Positions 1 to 12,000 of a stretch of 40,062 nucleotides of DNA are shown here, piece after piece (position 1 is the first letter of the stretch; each line of letters starts with the position of its first letter). The notes under the pieces were generated by a model. That model was not told the DNA's origin and did not search any database. It saw nothing but the letters and a program-made list of their open reading frames with translations. The stretch covers positions 1-40,062 of the forward strand of contig CAYFVC010000035.1 of assembly GCA_964346665.1 (NCBI GenBank). Reading direction: 5' to 3'. A program made the position numbers and the translations under genes. This stretch comes from an uncultured archaeon (GTDB lineage Archaea; Aenigmatarchaeota; Aenigmatarchaeia; QMZP01; QMZT01).

Positions 1-3000
1 GTTATAATGAACAGCACACTTATCAACACATTGATTATCCCACAAGGAAAAGAAGTACTTCGTGGTTCTAACTTAACTATTCAGGTCAGGGTGAACGATA
101 GTTGTGATAATAACATAACAGATGCGAACTTGACGATAAGAATGGTTAGTAACAAGACAAGTGAAACATTTAACTGCTCGGATATCACTCATGTAGGAAA
201 CGGCTACTACAACTGCACCTTCAACACCTCAGCAAATCCAGGAGTGATGCCTGCGAAGGGATATGAGATCATAATAAACTCCTCAAAAGAGTCTTACATG
301 TCGGACACCATATCGGTGAACTATTCGTCTTCATCGTCCTTCTTCATCGAAACAAAACCAGTAATAGAGAACAACTCCTGGAATCTAACGCCTTCGGATG
401 ACTGGGGCTGGGGAGAGACTTACACATTCACGGTTAACGTAAGCGATGAGGACGATGATAACATGACAGTGGAGATATGGGTGAACGTAAGTGGAGGCTG
501 GAACAACATCTACACGAATTCCACCGTGAATGGCGTAAACAAGACAGTTACGTACATCTACGACGCATTTGATAACGATGATATCGGAAACAGACAGTAC
601 GTCATAAACGTGACGGATGATGGTGACCACCCGAGAACAGGAGGTATTTCATACAACGATTCAACACCAATAGAAAACTTCACCATTTACAAGGATGACA
701 TTTCCTTCGAAATTTTGTTGGGGGATGGGGACATCGTTCAGAGAATAACGGGATCTTTCACCTTCAGGGTTAGGGGATGGGATATAGACAAGGATCCGAA
801 CGAGACAATAAGTGACGTTAGAGGTAGATTCTGGTATACAAAAGACGGAGTAACATGGAGTGTTAGCACGGAGAGATTTACCGATACGGATGATAATCTA
901 ACTTTCGAATCATCGGAGATCAGCTTCGACTGCTCGTTCTTGGTCGGGCCCCAGAAATGGAAGGCTGAAATGTATGATAACACCTATTATAAGGACACGA
1001 ACTCGACGAACATCTCATGGACCATCTTCACAACCCCGCTAAACGCTACCATGTGGCTATCAAGCGACCATTACCTGAGAGGTGTGGATAACGTAACGAT
1101 GACAGCCAACGTAACCGAAACAGATGGTTGCGGACAGGTCAGCGGGGCAACCGTGTTTTTCAATGTTACCGATGATAACCAACAGCAGGTCCATACCTGC
1201 ACAGGGCAGGAAATATCCAGTGGTATATATGAATGCAATATAACCCCAAGCACACACGCCGGCTGGTCATCAGGATTTTATAACGTGACCGCCAACATTA
1301 CCAAAACATATTACAATGGAACATCTTTGGATGGGGATGAGACCGAAACGTTCTTCCTGGCTACCAGTCCTTATTTCCAGAGTCTGCAGGCGATAAGATC
1401 AGGGGGGTCCGGCTCAACAGGAGGATGGGGCGAAACATGGGAGTTCCAAGCTAATTTGCTTGATCCTGATTCCAATTATAACAATGTCTCGCTTTACGCC
1501 AACCTCACAGGCGGATGGGAGAAGATAAACGAAACCTACACCACTCCGAAACTTGTAAGGTTCCGTGGACATCAGTTCAACTGCTCAGTCCTTCAAGGCC
1601 AGTCAACCAGCCAGAAACAATTCAACTTCACATCCATCGATGTATGGAACTACATGAGCTCGTCCGTTGCGAATTTCACGCTCGAAAAGGACGATACCAG
1701 CGCTACTGCATCCTCGCCTTATGGCGTAACGATAAACAGGGATTTTGACGATAATGAAACCTTAGAGATATACATTAGAGACACGGATAACGGTTCTTCA
1801 ATCGTGGGATCAGGAGTGGAGGGAGCGTTCTGGACGATGACGAATGAATCAGACCCCCCAAGCCAAGACGGTTCGTATATCTTAGCGAAGATAAACTACA
1901 CGGATTCCAGCGGTTATTTGAGATACACTTTCAACCCTAACTGTTCGTATGGTGTAGGAGATCTGTACTGGAGAGCTGGAACGTATTACAACGACACGTG
2001 TTACAAAGGGGCGAGTTCTGCTATTTCAGGTTACAATACAGGCGCAAGGCTAATGATAATAAAAGGACAACTGAAAACGAACCTGACAGATCCAAACGCA
2101 ACCGAGGCCTCTAACATCCTGGTTGGAGATAATGTTACGTTCAGGTTCGGGGTCCCAACGGATTGTAGCGGTATAGGGATAAACGAAAGCTACCAGACAG
2201 GGTTGTCCTTGGTTTTGCTTGAGCTGCAGAATCCGGAAAGTGGGTGGGAGAACTGTACGCAGGGTGGGGGTATAAATGATGAAGGGAATGGGTGGTACAA
2301 CTGCACATGGGAAACAAAAGGTCATAAAGGAGGGAATTACACTGTTAGGATAACTGTGAAATCCTCCTTAGATTACAACGACAACATAACCATTTTGACC
2401 AATTACACGTATCTAAACAACACACCTCCTGATTACGGTAACTTCTCTGTTTCGCCTTCAGAAGACGGGTGGGGCGCTGTCTACAACTACAGTGTTGACA
2501 TATGGGACGCCCAAGAGGATAACGTCACCTGCAAGCTTTTCGTGAAAACGAACAATTACGGGGGGCAGTGGATTTTGAAGAATTCAACTATCGTCTACGG
2601 AGGGAGGAGCAAGTGTTCTTTCCTAGTCAGCGATTTCGATTGTCAGGACATAGGAGACGATTCAGTTAATGCGTACATGTTCGAATTTGACGATGAAACC
2701 ACTATATTTAACACCACCAACCAGAGCGGACCGAACATAACGATAGACAGCGTGGAGATCTCGTATTACTATGGGAACCTCTCGGAGATCAACAGATCTG
2801 ATGACGAGCCGAACAGCACGGCGCTCCTCATGGTGTTCGTTAACGACACGGATAAGGATCAACCTGCGGATGCGAACGTTACGTTCTGGGTGACCATAGA
2901 CTCCTCTGACCCGAACAGCTGGGATTCAGGGAACGTAACCATAACGAATTCCTCAGGTATTGCGAACGTTTCTTTCAATCCTGAATGTACTCCGCAGTAT

Positions 3001-6000
3001 ACGGTCGGGAACCACTCATGGAAGGCGGGGGTAACGGATGGGTGTTATGCCGAAGTGAACATCACCGAAGATCTTAACTTAACGATTTACGGAACGCTGA
3101 AAACGACAATAAAAACAACGGAACTTCCAACGGGCACAGAAGTTCTGAGGGGCGACAACATAACAGAACAGATCTACGTGAGCAGCGATTGTTTTACGGA
3201 TGTTGATGATGCGAACACCACGATTGAATTAATCCATGAAGATAGCATTACAGTTTATAACTGCACGCCCATGTACAGTATCAGTTCCGGGGAGTACGAA
3301 TGCATATGGAACACGACGGGGATGAAGGCTAAATGGTACGATACGAGGGCGAATTCATTCCGGGACCTATACAACATGAATACAACCACCCTCGAAAACC
3401 ACTTTTTCATAAAGACAAAACCTGTTCTTTCCAACGAGACCGCTGATAAAGATCCTGCAGGTTGGGGGGAGAACAGGAGCTTCAGCGTTACAGTGAATGA
3501 TGACGACCTGGACAACGTGACAGTCGAGCTTTACATAAAGTGCTTGGAAACGGTTGGGGGGAGCTGTCCGGGAATATACTCGGATAATGACTGGCATTGG
3601 GAAAATGACGTAACGCTCGAATCTCCTGTAAACGAGACTACCCAGCTGAGCGTGAGTGATAATTTCTACGGAATTGGCTGTCCGACAACAGGGAATTGGA
3701 GCTACAGGTTCAACGCCACGGATATCCCTCACGATTACGAGGATTCGACAACACCGCACAACTTCACCGTAGAGAAAAATGACGTGATATATGAGCCAAT
3801 TAGCGGTTACGACAACGAGACTGTATGGAGGAACGGAAGTGACTCGATAGTCCTCAAAGTGAGAGTCTACGATAACGACAGCAAGTCATACGCGGGATCC
3901 GCCAACGCAACTGTATGGGTAACCAAAAACGCCTCTGATCCTGATAGCTGGGATATAGGAAAACATATAGATGTTGACGGGAGTGGCTACATTAACTACA
4001 GCTTCTTCGATGATGGCGAGATGCCGATGCATGAGTGCAACTACACCGTGGGGTTCCACAACTGGACCGCCGGAATTGGGGGAATAAATGAGGATACCTG
4101 TTATAAAACCTCGAATTCATCCATATATAACCTCAGTGTATGGTCGGATCTTAGACCGATCATAGTGAAGCCGCTCGCGACAGAGGGCTTCCTTCAGGGA
4201 GACTTGATAAACATAAGCGGTTACGTTGAGGACGATTGTTCGTGGAGGATGCCTTACGGGGTGGAAGGCGTCACCATCGACCCGTCAAGTGGAACGCAGA
4301 GGTTCATACTCAAGGCATATGTTCCTTTCGATTTATATCGTTACTGCAGTACAAACTGGCAGGAGGGAGAGGGATATTACAACTGCACATGGGACTCAGC
4401 GACTCAGCAGAGGGTGTTGTGGAACATAACGATGAGCATTGACAAGGATTACTACGCCCCGAATTCGACTACAGAGATCGAGGCCTTCCACTTGGGGAAT
4501 AACCCTTACCTTACGACTCCTGCAGGGGTCAGCCCGACTGTTGAGGGATGGGGCTACAACTTCACATTATATGTCCGCTTCGGTGATGCAGACCAGAACC
4601 CGAACAACATCTCCCTGTGGAAGAGCTTTGATAATCAAACATGGGAGCATGTGAGTACAAAGACAGATGTGGTTTCATCAGGAAAAAATCTTAACTTCCG
4701 CGAGAAGTTCACGTGCGCGGATTCCTTGCCGACGCCCGGAAGGATTAACTATTACAAGTTCAACGTCACCGATCCCTATGGATACACCGATGAGATTTAT
4801 CCCGGGACGTTCAACCTCACGGAGGACAGCGTGACCTTGTTTATAAACTACTCCGAGAGCAGCGATAACATTAGGAGGTTGGGAAACGACCAAGCACTTC
4901 TGAAATTCAGGATAAGGGATGATGATTACAGTTACCTGAATCCGAACGGGAGTCATTATCCGACAGGGGCGGACGGTCTCGTATGGGTAACCAGCAACGG
5001 AACGAATTACACAAACGTTCTTAACTGCACATCGAACGACGGACATTGTGAGGTCGATTACGACCCGAACTGTTCGACATCCGAAGTGGGTATACAATAT
5101 TGGAAGGGAGGGACGAACGATACGTGTTACGAATACGAGAATTCAACGAACGAAACGCTCGAAGTTGTTGGGCAGCTTAACATTTCAATCGTGAACCCCA
5201 CCGAAAACGTCATACTAAACAGGAACACTACCGCTGTATTCAACGCTACTGTTTATGATGATTGTGATCTCTCGATCAACGATTCTACCGTCATTTGGTA
5301 TAATGAGAGCTGGTATAACCTCACTTCAGGATACAACACTACTTGGTTTGTTCCTTACAATTATCCTTTGGGTCCAGACGTGATAAGGGCGAACACAAGC
5401 AGAACGTATTACGATGGTAACACGAATTCAACCTCCGTGTATATATACGGTTGGGCTGAGCTTGATTCCATGTATCCTCCAAATGGAACGGTTGATTTAG
5501 CAGGCGATGTGAAAACGATAAAATGTCATTTGAGGGATGCGAACACGCTCAAAAACATTACTAATTACACAGTTGCCTTCTATGTCAACGAGGAATATCA
5601 GGAATCAAAAAACACGAGCAATCAGTCAGGAGAGGAAGGCAACGCTTCATTCCTATTCAGTACGAACAGGCCTGGGGGTTGGTATAACCTCACATGCGCT
5701 ATAAACAGCAGTTCATACTGGTATTACAACGTTTCCACCCCGAACATAACAAAAGAAGTTCGTATATCAAGACCGTTGATAATAGACCAGATAGTAAGAG
5801 ACCCTTCTGATGGAAAGATTTATAGGAATGATTCTAGTGGATATTCCCCAAATCAGGTCAACATAACAGTCCACTTGAAGGATGCGGATCTGCCTGGCGA
5901 GGGAGCGGATAACGCAACGGTGTGGTTCTACAACCATTCTCAGGCATATATAGGTAACTGCACGACGAACGCTTCTGGATGGTGTAATGAATCGGTTTCC

Positions 6001-9000
6001 TGGAACCCGGTCGATACGATAACACCTAACTATTACACCATCTACATAAACGCAACAAAACCTGGAACCAATGAGAATTCAACAACCAACACCACCACCA
6101 TCGATGTGATGGGGGTATATATAGCGAACATAACTTCTCCTGCCAATGGATCACAGTATGGTAGGGGGGATCTCATCTCCTTCAACGCCAGCATAAGGGA
6201 TGAGAACTGGAACTGGTTCATTGGAGGAACCAATTGGGTGTACTGGTACAACGATACTGGGGACCATATAGAAACGACGGTTTCAGGAGAGCAAAGCTCG
6301 TTTGATTCGAGCACGCAAGCTCCAGGTTTCAGAAACTTCACCGCAAGGTCCGAACCTGGCTTGCCTCACTATTATGCTGAAAATGATACCGTTACGGTTC
6401 ATATAACTGGATGGGCTGATGTTGTGTGGGTGTATCCACCACATCTTTCGAGCGTAACGTATCCTTACACGTTCCAGAGGATTTGCAGGGTTGTTGACTA
6501 CGTTACTAGTGTAGGAATCGAAAACTATCCGATCAATTTCTCCTACTTAAACGAGACTTTGGGAGAATGGGTTTACAATGGAACGTATCTAACTAATTCG
6601 ACCGGTTATGCAAACGCCAGCTGGACACCTTGGGATAAAGGGAATGTAACGTTTAATTGTACGATCTGGGACAATTCCTCGCTTGAATACACAACAAATA
6701 TAGCGAGTGTAAGCGCAACAATATGGGTTAAGGATAATGTCCCGCCAACCATAGAGAATGTTTCAATCATTCCTAACCAGAGCATGGAGGCGTGGATGAA
6801 CACCACAAACATATCTGCGGACGTAACGGATGATTACGCGGTCGATAGTGGTGGTGTATGGGCTTACATAGGGCTTCCGAACGGAAGTTACGAGAACAAG
6901 ACAATGTCATTCGTTGAGAATAATACCTATCGCTACGAATATCTTCCGAAACTTAACGGAACCTACAATGTTACTGTATACGCAAAGGACGAAGGGCCCG
7001 AAAACAACGTTAACCATTCGGATGTTTACTACTTCGAGGTTTGGGGTAAAGCAACGGGGAAGGTGGATCAAATAGGATACGTGTACGCAGGGGGGATCAC
7101 GCAAACCAGTGATTTCAAATTCAACCTGACCATAAACTTCACCAATCTCGGGCCTCCAAATGCTTACTACGTAAACCTCACAATCTACGATGATTCCCCA
7201 GGTTACGTGAGCTACAACGAAACCTCATATTACTGCGGGAACATGACGAACGGCTCGTTCTGCAGTTGGACTCTTGAGGTCACTATATTGCCTGCTACAC
7301 CTCCAACAGGAATATACATTTACGGTAATGCTAGCTGGATGGATCCTGACAAAACAGATGCTTCTGTGATTAACTCAACATACGTGGTAGTTGCTTCCAA
7401 CCCCATTATTGAGATAATAGAGACTGGAATAAACAAGACTGTTATGCATGACAAGACAACTTACATTGATAACATCACCGTTTACTCGAGCGGAAATGAC
7501 AGGGTCAACGAAATATCGCTTTCGAACTTGGGAGGAAACTTTGATTATGATTGTTATGATTGTGGATTAATGATGGTTCCTGACTCCCAAGATGATCTAG
7601 CAGCAGGCTATAATTTCACCTCCCACATCTGGGTTACCATACCAAAGGGTAAATCACCCGGAATCTACTGGACCTACATAGTTGTTAATTCAAGTAACGG
7701 TGGATCGGATGAATACCTTCTGAACCTCACGGTTGAACCCAACGCCTCTTGGACCAGAACGCCGGATTCGTTCCCGACTGTAATAGCACAACCGAATACG
7801 AACGGTCTGGTAGGGAGGGTGAACGTCACGAACCACGGGAATGTGAAGATATACTTCGAGACATCAAGAAGGGAGGCAGCAGCATCTCTGCTCATAGTCA
7901 CACCGGAAGGTTTCGCCTCCGAAAAGTTATCGAAGAGGGTCATAAACATTTCGTATTCGGTCCCGCTGGCCTATCCGGAAGATATGTATTATGGAATTGT
8001 GGCTATAAGGAACGACACGCTACCTGCGGATCCTGTGGAAAGAACGGTTTCCTTCTGGCTAAACGTAACGGACCTCCCGCCCAACGTAACGGATTACAGC
8101 GTGATACCTACAGAGTTTGAAGTTGGTTACGAAACAGTGTATATCAACGCCACGATTGTGGATAATGTAGCGGTTGACAAGGGCTGGATAGATGTTGAGA
8201 GGCCTGGGGACATAAGTTATTCTTACGTTAGTAAACAGATTCACTCTTCGTCAGGGGATCCCGGATTCAACTACACTGAGGGTATAAATTACTCTGGAAT
8301 CATGCAGTACTTCAACATCACGATTTACAACCAGAACGAATCTTTCGTTTATGTGAACATAACGGTTAACGGTTTGCTCATCGCCTCCAACCAGTCCATC
8401 GAGAATTCAACGAACTTCACGATAGATGCCGTCCAGGAAAGCGTGAGTTTCGCTTTGCCAGGAAATCAAACCATAAACATCACTGTACAGAACTCTAGCG
8501 GAGACCTCATCAATTCAGCGTATACATCTTGGCTTAGCTACAGTTTAAGAATAGGGGAAACGTACAAAAAAATCATGGACAGGAATGCAAGCGAATTCAA
8601 CACAACCTATTGGACCAACATAAGCGGAATTCATGATTTGAGAATATGCGCGAATGACACGTCATCGAAAATCGGTTGCACATCAATCATATATCTCACA
8701 GCGGCAGGGAACACGAGTATAGCGATCTCGCCTAACGTTACAGTGATAAACGTAACGAACATGACGATCTATCAGGGAGAGGATATCCACATCGAATTCA
8801 ACATTTCGAATGTAGGTTACGCGAGGGCTTACAACATAACCATGAACATATCTTATCCAGAAAACTGGTCAGCTACTCCAGAGAATTTCTCATTCGGAAC
8901 ACTTTACAAAACTAACATATCTTCGAATTTCACCTTGATATCCGTTCCTCCGTTCACGCTGCCTGGAGAATATCTGGTAAACTTCACCGCCAACTGGATA

Positions 9001-12000
9001 AATCTTAATATATCCTATAACGGAACCAACACAACTTCCATACTAGTGAACGTGACAGCGAACCCTGTTCTGGATCTCCAAGACAGGATACCTGAAACAG
9101 GAGAAGTGGTTATAATGTCAGGGGGAACGAAGAATGAGACATTCAACGTGACTTCGATAGGTAATGTCAACGTAACCAACGTGAACTTCTCCTGCCAGTC
9201 AGGAGAGGTCTGCGAGAATTTCACGGACCCGTCCCCATTCTATCCATCAAACATATCCGTCCTTCTGGTGAATCAAACCGAATTCGTAAACATAAGCATT
9301 TCAATCCCCCCGGAATATCCAGCAGGATACTATAACGGAACAATTCTTGCGAATGGAACTTCCACCTGGGATTCCTCCTACATATACGTGAACATCCCAG
9401 AGAACATATCTTGGACTCAAGATCCTAACAACATAACCAAGGAGGTAATACAGGGAACGCAGGGAAACTTCGGGACCATAACAGTTAGAAATAACGGAAA
9501 TGTTTTCGTAAGGTTGGCGGTAGTACAATATAACTGGGGTTTAGGGACTTACGTGACGTTTTATCCAAACCAGCTTGAACTGGATATCGGGGAAACGAAA
9601 TACATATACCTTAACTACAACGCACCAGTTGTTTATTCCCTCACAAGTTACACTGGCACATTGTGGACGTACAACGAAACTGCGGACCCGAGTTACCACG
9701 ACACTCTGCTAAATTTGACCATACACCCGTACTTCGTGGATATCATTTCCCCAACAGAGGCCAATCCGAAATTAAATGTTTCCCCGAGCGATGAGATAGA
9801 GGCGAGAATCAACATAACTTACGGAAATTCAAGCGTAAACGAAAGCATGACTTTCAATCTCTCGCTATCCAACAGCACCACGCTCGTTTACGTGGACATG
9901 ACAAATGTGAGCTACAATTCATCCGAAGGTTTGTGGTACGTGAATTTCACCGCCCCAAATTTTGCGCTTCAGAAGGGTTATGATTTGAATGTGACAGCGA
10001 TTTATTCGAAAACCCCTGTTTCAAACGTAACTTATTACGACTTCGAAGCAAAAGCCGTTATATACAGGGATGATATCCAACCAACCATTTTGATATCAGT
10101 TCCGCCTAGGGTACCCGCAAACACAACAGCCGTTATATACGCGAACGTGACCGACCCAGGAGGGGTTGAAAACGCGAGCATCGTTGTTTACGACCCGGAC
10201 AGCATAGCAGAGTACGGAGACATGACTTTCCTTTACAGGTATGTGGACACGTATGTTTACAAATATGATTACACGAACACGAGCAAGGTGGGAGTATATA
10301 ATGTAAACGTTACGGGTTGTGATAAATCCGGGAACTGTAATTCAACGAACAGGACTTTCGAAATTTACGTAGGGGCGTGGTTCTCTGGTTACGCGAAAGA
10401 TATAGTTAGAACAGGCAACCCTGTCATAAACCAGAGTTTCTGGTTCTATGATGATATACAATACGGAAATCTCCTTATAAACTTCTCAAGCGATCCGGAT
10501 ACAGGATATTACAACGAGAGTATAGACGCGAGGATGTATGATTTGAAAGTGGACTTCTGGAATGACAGCGTTTCGCTTTTGAACATTCCGTTACTTCAAG
10601 ATGTCCACAACCCGATACAATTCGGTAGTGTTACAAACCTTAACCGTATATCAGCAGGTGGAGCAGGGGTGTACAGGAGTGTGGTCGTTAACAATTCACT
10701 TAATTACTCCACAGGAAGCATCACTTTGAACTATTCAAGTTTTGAGAATGTTGCAATACTCGGTAACCTAACCATTTATCACTGTCCTTCGTTCGGTGTC
10801 AACGTCGTACAAATTTGCACTTCGAGCTGGACTAGGATGAGCTCGTCACTTAACATCACAACCACCTCGCTCACGGCGAACACCACAAACCTTCAAGGAG
10901 TGTTCGCAATTGCGAACTTCATATGCGGGGATGGGGAATGTGATGAGGACTACGGAGAATCAATTGCCAACTGCCCACAGGATTGTGAAATACCCATACC
11001 TCCACCACCGGTTACTCCAGGCGTTGGGGGGAGAGGTGCGAGGGTTGAAGTACCACCTAGTGTTCCACAAGTCCCTGTCGAAATAAAGTCAACCCTTATA
11101 TTCGTTACCCTTCGTCCGGGTGAGCATGAAATACACTCGATAGACGTGACGAATAATCTAGGAACGGGAATCGTTGTGGAGACAAGCGTGACGGGGAACG
11201 CCTGGGAGCTCGTTCAGATAGAAAAACCTGTCATGAACGTTTCCGCGAGGTCAACAGGAGTTTTGAAAGTCAAACTCTACGCCTTGCCAACGACGCAGGC
11301 AGGGATATACACTGGTGATATCATATCGAAGGTGAGATATCGCAACATCACGCATATAACGCCCGTAACCATAAAGGTAGAGATCCCGCCAGAACCACTA
11401 CTCGACGTGAAGGTCAAGGCATTGACAAAAACAGTAGAGCCGGGTGGCAATCTCAAATTCGAGGTAACTCTTATGAACATGGGACCAACCGCCACCATCG
11501 ATGACATAGTGGTCATTTACGAAATAAAGGGTTTGGAAACCGAAAGAGTGATAACGAAGAGCAGCGAAACGCTAGCAGTGGAGAATGTGAAAAGTTTCAC
11601 CAAAACCATCCCCATCCCTTGGGATACGCCACAAGACAGGTATATGGTTGAGGTCAACGTTACGTATTGGTACGGGAAGAAGTCGGCGTTTTCTGTGGAT
11701 TCGTTTGATGTTTTCGTTCTGCCCGCGCCTCTAGCCCTGTTACGAGCGGTGTTCATGCACTGGCTGACGTATGTGGTAGTATTCATGTTAATCCCAGGAT
11801 TCTACTTCGGAAGAAGACTTTACATGATTTGGATGGAGAAGAAAAGGAGAAGAAGGAGGTACATATTCCCAATAGACTTCAAGAAGCTTCCGAAGACTGG
11901 GCCTGATTCGATCCTCGTTGGTAAAATAGCAGAAACGGATGTGAAGGCATACGTGGATACCAAAGCCCTCATGATGCATTCGCTTTCGGCAGGGGCGACC

